The notes below the pieces were generated by a model. It made no database searches. It saw only the letters and a list, made by a program, of their open reading frames with translations, and was not told the DNA's origin. The position numbers were made by a program, and so were the translations under genes. Source: Roseibacillus sp. (GTDB taxonomy: Bacteria; Verrucomicrobiota; Verrucomicrobiia; Verrucomicrobiales; Akkermansiaceae). From it: 64,000 nt of DNA. The stretch covers positions 1 to 64,000 of the forward strand of contig JBPOGI010000002.1 of the NCBI GenBank assembly GCA_051251855.1. The letters are read 5' to 3'. The stretch's first letter is position 1. Each line of letters begins with the position of its first letter. This document shows, one piece after another, positions 28,323 to 36,552 of this stretch.

Positions 28323-28366
28323 TCCCAAGTTGAGCTCTGGATCCGTCTGGAGCGCTTGGGATTTTT
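28323..28366 (+). terminator. terminator-like hairpin between rplO and secY
   Basis: TCCCAAG..GCTCTGGA-TCCG-TCTGGAGC.CTTGGGA followed by TTTTT. Confidence 0.45.
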
Positions 28367-28399
28367 CCATAGTTACACCACACACTGCTCTCATAACTA

Positions 28400-29899
28400 A
28401 TGATTTCGGCTTTTGCTAATACGTGGCGGGTTCCCGAATTGCGGGATCGCATTATTTTTACCCTCGTGATGATCGTGATCGTCCGTTTGGGGGTGAACAT
28501 TTCTCTCCCGGGCGTTGACTCGACAGTCATCAAGGAGTGGTTGGAGATTCGAGCAAATGAGGAAGGTTCATCGGCAGGAGCCCACTTGGGAGCCTTGCTC
28601 AACGTCTTTTCTGGAGGAGCCTTGCAAAACGCGGCCCTCTTTGCCCTCGGCATCATGCCTTACATCTCGGCATCGATTATGATGCAGTTGATGTCTGCGG
28701 TGGTTCCTAAGCTCGCCAAGCTCAAGCGTGAGGAAGGCGGCCAGCAGAAGATCAACCAATACACCCGCATCATGACCATCATCATTGCGGCGGTGCAGGG
28801 TTTCCTTCTCGCGAAGTCGTTAGAAAACCCAGCAGCCATTATTTATATGGATGGTATCGAGAAGGTGGGACGCCCCCTAGTTCCTGACTGGGGATACGCA
28901 TTTGTAGCGATCGCTGTCCTCACCATCATCGCAGGCACCATGTTCCTGATGTGGATTGGTGACCAAATCACTGAGCGCGGTATTGGTAACGGTATTTCTC
29001 TGATTATTTCAGTAAACATCATCGCTGCTCTTCCTGGTGGTTTAACCCAAGCATGGCAGACTTTCATCGGAACTGATGGTGATTCTAGTCCTTTCCAAGC
29101 GATGACGTTGGTCGGATTGGTGGCCTTCCTCTTGTTGATTACGGCGGCCATTATTGCCATCACGCAAGCACAACGAAGGATAGCGGTGCAGTATGCGAAG
29201 CGAGCGAGTAATCGTAGCGCGAAGCAGATGACCGGTCATACCCAGTATCTTCCTCTGAAGGTGAACTACGCCGGTGTGATGCCCATCATTTTCGCGAGTG
29301 CGGTTATGAACTTGCCTCTTCTTCTTCTCAGTCAGATTTTCCCCGATGCTGCTTGGGTGGCTGACATGTCTAGTTGGTTTAATACTGGAGCCTGGCAATA
29401 CTACATCGTTGCAGGCCTCATGATCTTCTTCTTCAGTTATTTTTGGGTGGCGACTATGTTCCAGCCTAGTGAGATTTCTGAAAACTTGAAAAAGGGTGGG
29501 GGATACATTCCCGGAGTTCGTCCTGGTAAACCCACTGCGGACTTCCTCGACTTCACAATGACTCGTCTCACCTTCGCGGGTGCGATTTTCCTGACCATCA
29601 TCTTTGTCTTGCCTGGTCTCGTGACTCATATTTTTAAGATACCGCCCCTCGTTTCTCAGTTCTTTGGTGGCACCAGTCTCCTCATTCTGGTTGGTGTCCT
29701 TTTGGACATGATGCGCCAGATCGAAACTCATCTCTTGCAGCGTAACTATGACGGCTTCCTTCGTAAGGGTAAGTTGAAGGGCCGCATTGAGCGTCGTCAG
29801 GCAACTGGTAACTCTGCCTCCGGTGGAATCATCCTCTGGTTGTTAGTCTTCGTATCCGTGATGGTCGTTCTCGGCATCGCTGCTTGGATTGCTAAATAA
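28400..29899 (+). CDS. secY: preprotein translocase SecY (with an extra C-terminal hydrophobic helix)
   Basis: LFALGIMPYISASI, WIGDQITERGIGNGISL, AGVMPIIFAS, IPGVRPG, GGTSLLILVGV. Confidence 0.99.
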   Translation: MISAFANTWRVPELRDRIIFTLVMIVIVRLGVNISLPGVDSTVIKEWLEIRANEEGSSAGAHLGALLNVFSGGALQNAALFALGIMPYISASIMMQLMSAVVPKLAKLKREEGGQQKINQYTRIMTIIIAAVQGFLLAKSLENPAAIIYMDGIEKVGRPLVPDWGYAFVAIAVLTIIAGTMFLMWIGDQITERGIGNGISLIISVNIIAALPGGLTQAWQTFIGTDGDSSPFQAMTLVGLVAFLLLITAAIIAITQAQRRIAVQYAKRASNRSAKQMTGHTQYLPLKVNYAGVMPIIFASAVMNLPLLLLSQIFPDAAWVADMSSWFNTGAWQYYIVAGLMIFFFSYFWVATMFQPSEISENLKKGGGYIPGVRPGKPTADFLDFTMTRLTFAGAIFLTIIFVLPGLVTHIFKIPPLVSQFFGGTSLLILVGVLLDMMRQIETHLLQRNYDGFLRKGKLKGRIERRQATGNSASGGIILWLLVFVSVMVVLGIAAWIAK

Positions 29900-29903
29900 G
29901 CTG

Positions 29904-30527
29904 ATGCCTACAGATGTCCGGTGTTTTGCCATGCTCGGTCCGCCGGCATCAGGTAAAGGAACACAAGGGCGTCTCTTAGCAGAGAAACTCGCGATTCCTT
30001 ATCTGAGTACTGGTGCACGCCTCAGGCGGGAGATTGAGAGAGGCTCGCCTTTAGGCCTGAGAGCCAAGGATTTTTTGGACAACAATCAATACGTGCCTGA
30101 TTCGCTTGCCGTTGAGCTGGTCGAGTCTTGGGTCCGTCGCCATGATGAGGGTTGGATGCTAGACGGCTTTCCTCGCAGTGTTCCGCAGGCAGAGGCGCTT
30201 CTCAGCTTTACAGATCATTTCTTTCGAGTGATTCATCTTAGCGTTGCTGATGCTGAACTCCGGAGTCGAGTGACCACGCGGCGCGAGTGCCTTTCTTGTG
30301 GAGCAACCACCACCAGCGAGTATGTCAGCTGTCCCAAGTGTGGGAGCCAAGAGCTCGAGGCTCGCGCTGATGACTCAACCGAAGGCTTTGAAAAGCGTCT
30401 CATGGCTTACCAGAGCCTGACGGTCCCCGCGCTTGAGCATTTACGAACTCGTGTTGAGGTAGTCACGGTTGAAGGCCATGGCACCCGCGAGGAGGTCGCT
30501 CGGAGAATCCACGACAAACTCAATTAG
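29904..30527 (+). CDS. adk: adenylate kinase (Zn-type LID)
   Basis: GPPASGKGTQ, LSTG..LR, LDGFPR, CxxC...CxxC LID; follows secY. Confidence 0.93.
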   Translation: MPTDVRCFAMLGPPASGKGTQGRLLAEKLAIPYLSTGARLRREIERGSPLGLRAKDFLDNNQYVPDSLAVELVESWVRRHDEGWMLDGFPRSVPQAEALLSFTDHFFRVIHLSVADAELRSRVTTRRECLSCGATTTSEYVSCPKCGSQELEARADDSTEGFEKRLMAYQSLTVPALEHLRTRVEVVTVEGHGTREEVARRIHDKLN

Positions 30528-31343
30528 ATGGCTAAGAAAAAGAAGAACAGAATCCCGATTAAGACTGCCGAGGAAATCGAAGCAATGCGGTCAGCAGGGG
30601 AAACGGCATCCCAGATTCTGCAAGCTACTGCGGCTTTTATTGAGGCAGGAAAGACGACCCGAGAGATTGATGAGTTTGCGGCTAGCGAGATTACGAAGCA
30701 TGGATGCACGAGTGCCTTTCTTGGTTATCGTGGTTTCCCAGGAAATGTTTGTGTCGGCCTCAATGAGTGCGTGGTTCATGGAATCGGGGATGAGCAAGAG
30801 GTGAAGGACGGTGATATTGTTAAGATCGACGTGGGTGTCTTTAAGAACGGCTGGATCGGGGATAACGCGACAACGGTTCCGGTAGGAGTCATCGATGATG
30901 GCACGAAGACTCTTCTTGCTGCGACGGAGCAATCACTTTTCAACGCGATTGAATATGCGGTGGAAGGCAATCGGCTTTGGGACCTTTGCGGGAGTGTGAA
31001 TAGCTATGTGCGGCAGTTCAAATTTACTGTTGTGCGTGATCTTGTTGGTCACGGAGTTGGAAAGGAACTTCATGAAGAGCCCCAAGTTCCTAACTATCGT
31101 CCGATGGGAAAACGTTCTCCAGTGCTCAAGGCGGGGATGATTCTGGCCATCGAGCCGATGGTGAATGCGGGGACATCGCATGTGAAGACGCTCGCCGACG
31201 GTTGGACTATGGTGACTGATGATCTTGCGAATTCTGCTCACTTTGAACACACCGTTCTGGTTGGGAAAGAAGCACCGGAGATTCTTACTTGGCGTCCTCG
31301 TACTGCCTTGCCGGAGCAGTTAGGTATTCCTGCTTTGGGGTAG
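30528..31343 (+). CDS. map: methionine aminopeptidase type I
   Basis: VVHGI, KIDVG..GWIGD, GHGVG..LHEEP, AIEPMVN, AHFEHT. Confidence 0.98.
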   Translation: MAKKKKNRIPIKTAEEIEAMRSAGETASQILQATAAFIEAGKTTREIDEFAASEITKHGCTSAFLGYRGFPGNVCVGLNECVVHGIGDEQEVKDGDIVKIDVGVFKNGWIGDNATTVPVGVIDDGTKTLLAATEQSLFNAIEYAVEGNRLWDLCGSVNSYVRQFKFTVVRDLVGHGVGKELHEEPQVPNYRPMGKRSPVLKAGMILAIEPMVNAGTSHVKTLADGWTMVTDDLANSAHFEHTVLVGKEAPEILTWRPRTALPEQLGIPALG

Positions 31344-31638
31344 CGGAAGGACGGGAGCTGAGTTGTTATGAACTCGGGTCTGGGGGGAAGAGTGAGACTG
31401 TGAAGATGTTCTCTCTCAGTCGCTTCATAGGCACCTTCGATTTTGTGACTCTACGTCAATGCAAGCGTGTAATCAGGTCGTTCTAATAAGGCGACAGAGA
31501 ATGGCCCGAGGAAAGCGCGAATCTTTAGCGGGTGGAGTGCGTGGTTGCGCAGAGATGGCGATTCGCGAACATTCGCGGCCCATTTATCAAATGGTCCCAA
31601 CCAAGAAAGTCGGCCTCATAGTGTAAGCACTGCAACCG

Positions 31639-32883
31639 CTAGAACGCGGTTCGGAATGCGAACGTGTAGGTTGTCGCTGAAATCTCGTTGGTTCGCGCGC
31701 TCATGAGGTCATGGGATACACCAGACATCAATTGGATGCTGTCTTCGCAGAGATGCAGGTTGAGGCCTACGTAGAAGGAGTGGAGTTCGTCGCCGTAGCC
31801 GCCGTCGAGGTCTGTGGTTGGAGGGAGATGGCGGCCTCGCACATAGCGGTTTTGAAGGCGTAATCCTTCAGTTTGTTCGGATCTTGCGTAGTGATAGCGG
31901 CCGACGAGTTGAAGGCGGTCTTTCAGAACCCAGACCCAAGGAGTGAAGACGCCGCCGTAGAAGTCTCCTTCGCGCAGGGGGTTGCGAAGTTCATCGTCAC
32001 TATTTTGACCGTAGATGAGATTGGTGGTGACTCCCCAGCGTCTGGAATCATAGGTCAGAGCAAGGGAAGTGCCATGGTTGTATCCTAGCGCATTACTGGT
32101 TCTAGTGGGATTGGTTTGGGCGTGGTCCAAGAGGAGTATCCATTCATCGGAGATTTGCCATTCGAGGCTTCCGTAATAGAAGACTCCATCATCCCAGTCT
32201 GCGAGAAGGTCTGAGCTATCCTCATTACTAAAAACACCGAGAACCGCAGTCCAATCTGCTTTTTCGAGTTCGATGGTAAAGCCGGTGGGTCGTGATTGGG
32301 CTCCACCCAAGAGGTCGCTCAAATTACTGCGTTCGATGGCTTTGAGGTTGTTGGAGGAGGTGTGGACTTCTTCGGAGAGTTTGAGCTTTATTCGACCATA
32401 GGATAATTTGATTTCGTCAAATGGCCCTTTGCCGAGAGCATCTCCTAAGTTGAATTCGAGAGCGACGGTATCAAAGGTGTCGTGGCCCCAGTCGAGGGAG
32501 TTTTCAGGGGCAACGCGATAGCGACGGTCATCCACAAGGTTGATACCTACTTCGAGTTCGAAGTATTTTAGAAAGTCGATCTCGGCTGCGACACGTGCTC
32601 GGCGAAATTCTACAAAGTTATGGTCGAAGCCAGTGCCACGAACATCTTCTCCTTCGACTCGTCCAAATTGGTAGTGGAATTTGCCGCTGAGTTGAACCTT
32701 TTCAATCCAAGGGTTCTTCTTGTTTCGATAGATTTCTCCGGGGTCATCCGACCACCATTCACAGAAGTCACTGGCCCAGCAACTGGTCTCGTTTTCAAAG
32801 ACCTCAGGCTCATAGTCAAAAGCCTCTTTCCCCTGGGAGATCGAAGCCAAGAGCGCGACGGCTGGAAAGAGGAGTTTTTTCAT
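31639..32883 (-). CDS. outer-membrane porin (OprO/OprP-like)
   Basis: Signal peptide, EFRRARV motif, AIERS, alternating beta-strand pattern, C-terminal Phe. Confidence 0.65.
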   Translation of the reverse strand: MKKLLFPAVALLASISQGKEAFDYEPEVFENETSCWASDFCEWWSDDPGEIYRNKKNPWIEKVQLSGKFHYQFGRVEGEDVRGTGFDHNFVEFRRARVAAEIDFLKYFELEVGINLVDDRRYRVAPENSLDWGHDTFDTVALEFNLGDALGKGPFDEIKLSYGRIKLKLSEEVHTSSNNLKAIERSNLSDLLGGAQSRPTGFTIELEKADWTAVLGVFSNEDSSDLLADWDDGVFYYGSLEWQISDEWILLLDHAQTNPTRTSNALGYNHGTSLALTYDSRRWGVTTNLIYGQNSDDELRNPLREGDFYGGVFTPWVWVLKDRLQLVGRYHYARSEQTEGLRLQNRYVRGRHLPPTTDLDGGYGDELHSFYVGLNLHLCEDSIQLMSGVSHDLMSARTNEISATTYTFAFRTAF

Positions 32884-32895
32884 GGCGGTTAGAAG

Positions 32896-33630
32896 CTAGC
32901 TATCAAACTCGTGTGAGGTGGGAACAAGTACGACGCGATTGTTGCCGCAAGCAAGGTGCAACGCCTCCATGAACTTCTTAATGCTGACTCCTTCTTTCAA
33001 AATGAGGCCATAGCGCAGTTCGGTCATCATTCCTGCTTGTGCAGAAGAGACACGAGTAAGATGCGCTGATTCCGCGAACTCTTTGAAGATAGTTTCCATG
33101 AGCTCATCGTAATCGATATCGCAACCAACGCGCACGGTGAGGAGGTGAGAGGCTTTCTTGGGCGCGAAGGCATCCATGCGCGTAAGAATGAAGATCGCGG
33201 TGCTGACGATGACCGTAATCACGGCAGCCATGGCGTATTCCCGAGCGCCGACGACCATTCCAATCGCCATGGCGAAAAAGACAAAACCAAGGTCGCGAGA
33301 CTGGCCTAGATTGCGGCGAAAGCGAATCATGGAAAAGGCCGCAAACATTCCGAACGCCACGGCGCCGTTGCCATTCACGACCATGATCAAGACCGTGGTG
33401 ACTACCCCAATCATGATGAGGGTTTGAACGAAGTCCTGAGAGTATCGGGTGCCCTTGTAGGTTGATTTGTAGAGGGCCGCGATGAAAAGGTTCAGGGCGA
33501 TACTCAGGAGCATGGCCGCGATGATTTCTATCACTTCAGGAAGGCTACCGCTGTTTCCAGAGCTTAGGTTGTCGAGGAAGCTGCCAGCGGCGAGGAGACT
33601 TGGATGGTTACTAAGGAGGTGTGCTATCAT
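32896..33630 (-). CDS. DUF4956 membrane protein
   Basis: AFGMFAAFSMIRFR...DLGFVFFAMAIGM..G; next to a VTC gene, the usual pairing. Confidence 0.85.
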   Translation of the reverse strand: MIAHLLSNHPSLLAAGSFLDNLSSGNSGSLPEVIEIIAAMLLSIALNLFIAALYKSTYKGTRYSQDFVQTLIMIGVVTTVLIMVVNGNGAVAFGMFAAFSMIRFRRNLGQSRDLGFVFFAMAIGMVVGAREYAMAAVITVIVSTAIFILTRMDAFAPKKASHLLTVRVGCDIDYDELMETIFKEFAESAHLTRVSSAQAGMMTELRYGLILKEGVSIKKFMEALHLACGNNRVVLVPTSHEFDS

Positions 33631-34337
33631 TGAGAGAATTGAGAACGTTCGATGGCGGCAGAGTATTTACTGAAGCCGCGGGGAGCGAGGCGTAATTCGC
33701 CAATCACTTGTCGAAACCAAAAGGGAACTGGGCCAATGGTTTTGACTTCCATGATGGATTGCCCAGGTTCAAGAAGATTGACGTCAAAGTCTTTGTCGCC
33801 AGGGGTGAGAGCTTTGCCGCCGAAGCGGCAGCAGACATTGTCGTCGAAGGTGATGCGGATGGTTCCATCGGGACCGCTGTCGTAGGCGAAGCGGTCGTAG
33901 CGAATCTGAACCATGGGCTTGCCATGTGATTCGACGAGTTCATTGACTTCGTGCACGACGTGCTCGAATTCGGATTCGCTGTCGCAGGACATGCCGCTCT
34001 GGTGGACTTTAGCAAGTTGCTCGACTTCGCAGGGCATGCGTCTTTTCACCGTCACGCCATCCAGCTTGTGCTTCACCTCAATGAAAGCGGTTGGGGGAAT
34101 CGTGGCGTCATCGCGACCGTAGAGCCGACTCCGGAGTTTGCGTCTGTTAGGCACTCCGAGCATTTTTTGCCAATAGTTGTGGAGATCGTCAGAGTCGTAA
34201 TATTCCGATAGGATAGGATAGCCACCAACCGCATGTTCATCTTCTTCCAAGTGCTCGGCAACGCGTCTACGAACTTCTTTGGAGGTGCTTTCATCAAGCA
34301 CAAATTTGAATTCTCTCCTGTTCTGACTAGCAAGCAT
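33627..34337 (-). CDS. VTC / polyphosphate-polymerase-domain (CYTH-like) protein
   Basis: RREFKF, SEYYD, RRKLRSRLY, FIEVKHK, YDRFAY, RITFD, MEVK, FSKY. Start at ATG 34337 (or GTG 34361). Confidence 0.88.
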   Translation of the reverse strand: MLASQNRREFKFVLDESTSKEVRRRVAEHLEEDEHAVGGYPILSEYYDSDDLHNYWQKMLGVPNRRKLRSRLYGRDDATIPPTAFIEVKHKLDGVTVKRRMPCEVEQLAKVHQSGMSCDSESEFEHVVHEVNELVESHGKPMVQIRYDRFAYDSGPDGTIRITFDDNVCCRFGGKALTPGDKDFDVNLLEPGQSIMEVKTIGPVPFWFRQVIGELRLAPRGFSKYSAAIERSQFSQ

Positions 34338-34516
34338 AGTTGTTTTGGCACTCGGCGACACCGAAGGTTCTTTTATTGTACTTCGAAAAGTGGGTCCAAT
34401 TCCATCGTAAAGTTCACGGAAGAAGTCGTTTGTGATTTTTCTGAGAACGGGGAACGGTTTTTCGAAGGTGAAATTGGAGGAGTTAGGAAGCAACAACCTC
34501 CGAAAAAACACATTTA

Positions 34517-34545
34517 TTATTGATGTTGAGTCTCGTTATCAATAA
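34517..34545. promoter_or_regulatory. Fur-like box (palindrome) upstream of the AraC gene
   Basis: TTATTGAT...ATCAATAA inverted repeat. The 19-mer GATGTTGAGTCTCGTTATC (34522-34540) matches 13/19 of GATAATGATAATCATTATC. Confidence 0.6.
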
Positions 34546-34646
34546 GGGTTTTCTCGAAGAGAACCCCTTCTTTAAGTATTTACTCAACTACTCTCCATCA
34601 AGAACTGGGACCGCTAGCGACTCGACTGAGGCGATTTAGCGACCCT

Positions 34647-35426
34647 TTGGGCGGCCGTCACGATTGGGTCAATGAGCTGGAAGAGAATTCTTTGCATCTC
34701 ATTCTCAATCTCCGGGGTGAAGGGCTCGTGATGGCGCCGGGAACGCGTATCACCCTCCTTCCAGAAACCCTCGCCATCTTTCAACTCGGTTCTCGAAGCA
34801 AAAATTGCATCGCTACCCGCTTCGATCATTCGAAAGAACACGATTTTCTTCTTTTGACGGCGGAGTCTCATGTTTTGGAGAAGCTGTTTCGTTCCCCGAT
34901 TCCTTTGCTGACGAAAAATCTGGGATTCATTCGACGTTGGAGTTCACGAGAGCAGCAGCTTTTTCAAGACCTCGTTTCTCCGCCTGTTGCCGAAGCGGCG
35001 CGGCATGCGTGGCTTCAGGCAAAGACTCTTGAGTTACTCACGTTGAATTTGTTTCACCGCCAAGAGGGAGGAGAGCCTCTTTTCTGCCAGAGTTTGAAGG
35101 AAAAAACGCACCGCTACGTCCGGCAAGCGCTAGAGCTTTTGCAGGGGCGCATCACCGAGTCGTTAGACCTCAAGGATTTGGCGGAAGATGTGGGCTGCGC
35201 GCCTCACTATCTCAGTCGATTGGTAAAGCAAGAAACGGGGAAGACCCTCTCGTTGCACTTGCGAGCTTTTCGAATTGAGAAAGCCGCTGAACTTCTCGCT
35301 GGGGGTCAATACAACGTGACCGAAGTGGCCTATGAAGTGGGATACAACTCACTCTCCCATTTTTCGAAAGCATTTCAGGAGGAACAAGGAGTCTCTCCTT
35401 CGTCGTTTCTACGACGTAAGCAGTAG
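34647..35426 (+). CDS. AraC/XylS-family transcriptional regulator (PchR/YbtA-like); true start uncertain
   Basis: C-terminal double HTH LKDLAEDVG...YLSR...FRIEKAAELL...VTEVAYEVGYNSLSHFSKAF; LQAKTLELL motif. Confidence 0.9.
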   Translation: MGGRHDWVNELEENSLHLILNLRGEGLVMAPGTRITLLPETLAIFQLGSRSKNCIATRFDHSKEHDFLLLTAESHVLEKLFRSPIPLLTKNLGFIRRWSSREQQLFQDLVSPPVAEAARHAWLQAKTLELLTLNLFHRQEGGEPLFCQSLKEKTHRYVRQALELLQGRITESLDLKDLAEDVGCAPHYLSRLVKQETGKTLSLHLRAFRIEKAAELLAGGQYNVTEVAYEVGYNSLSHFSKAFQEEQGVSPSSFLRRKQ

Positions 35427-35485
35427 CATCAAAATACGTTCATCGTGGTGGTGTCGTTATCCTAAGCTGAGAGCTGGCCAATTGG

Positions 35486-35516
35486 CAATCGAGCGCTAAC
35501 TCAGCACAATGCCCCG
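35486..35516 (+). promoter_or_regulatory. tandem direct-repeat operator 1 (CAATCGAGCG-N11-CAATGCCCCG)
   Basis: One of four similar 21-bp-phased motifs, each upstream of a gene in this locus. Confidence 0.65.
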
Positions 35517-35552
35517 TTAGCGGACTGGTCGTGAAAATGCAGAATGAGGTCG

Positions 35553-36503
35553 ATGAAAGCACCACTCGTTTCCCTGTTTATTGCCACGCTTGCCGCTCCG
35601 CTTCTTTCTGCGGAGAGTCAATTCGAACAAGACCGTTCAGCTATTCTTGCGATGGCAGGGGCTTTCAAGGTTGAGTTTAATTTTGAAGAGGTCGTGGCAT
35701 TGGTTCCAGACTATGAACTTACGAAGCCCTATCAGTCCGAAGCCAAAGAGTTGGTCAAAGTCGTCGAGGACAAGGGAGACGAGATCACGCTTCAGCATCT
35801 TCTTGTGGTGAACGATATGGATGGTCCTAGAGTCATCAAGCACTGGGCTCAGATTTGGATCTACGAAGACCAACATACACTCACTTATGAAGGGAATCTC
35901 ACTTGGTTGCCTATCGAGCAAGAGGAAGATGAGGTGAAGGGGACTTGGAGCCAGTATGTGACTCAGGTTGATGATAGCCCGCGCTACAAGGCTTCGGGGC
36001 AATGGGTGCATGAGGGGAATTATTCTTCTTGGACGTCGGAGGTGACGAACCGTCCTCTGCCTCGCAGAGAGTATACTAGGCGCTCGGACTATGATTTGCT
36101 CAAGGTAGTGAACCGCCACATCATCACTCCGACGGGTTGGGTGCACACTCAAGACAATCGCAAGTATGTGCGTCGCAACGGTGAGAATCGTTCTCTCTGT
36201 ATTGAGGCGGGAATCAATACCTACGAGCGCGTCACCGAGCCCGATGAAGTCGATAAGGAAGACTTCGCTGCGGCGGAAGCCTATTGGTCGAAGACCTTCC
36301 CGTTTTGGGCAGAGGTTCGCGGTGTTTGGAACAAAAATATTCACGAGGTCGCGGGCCCTGTGAGCTATCGTTCTCGTCTGAATCCCAAGGATAAACAAAA
36401 TCTCATGGCGCGTATGGGTGACCTCGCCCAAACCTTCACTTCGGACCCTGACGCCGCAGGTCGAGCGCAAATTGAAGAGCTTCTCAGCGAGCATTTACAA
36501 TAG
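35553..36503 (+). CDS. DUF6607-family exported protein
   Basis: DRSAILAMAG.FKV.F.F.E, VIKHW.Q.W.YE, QVDDSPRY, RPLPRREY..RSDY, GWVH.QDN.K; signal peptide. Confidence 0.8.
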   Translation: MKAPLVSLFIATLAAPLLSAESQFEQDRSAILAMAGAFKVEFNFEEVVALVPDYELTKPYQSEAKELVKVVEDKGDEITLQHLLVVNDMDGPRVIKHWAQIWIYEDQHTLTYEGNLTWLPIEQEEDEVKGTWSQYVTQVDDSPRYKASGQWVHEGNYSSWTSEVTNRPLPRREYTRRSDYDLLKVVNRHIITPTGWVHTQDNRKYVRRNGENRSLCIEAGINTYERVTEPDEVDKEDFAAAEAYWSKTFPFWAEVRGVWNKNIHEVAGPVSYRSRLNPKDKQNLMARMGDLAQTFTSDPDAAGRAQIEELLSEHLQ

Positions 36504-36552
36504 CCATTTCACTTCTTCAGATTCAATCAACGCTCTTAACCTAAATATCGTC

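Noticed and set aside
14738..29731. Many long antisense ORFs across the ribosomal cluster
   Set aside because: Shadow frames caused by biased codon usage of highly expressed plus-strand genes.
31344..31638. 295-bp gap between convergent map and porin genes as an ncRNA
   Set aside because: No recognisable RNA motif or convincing stable structure seen by eye.
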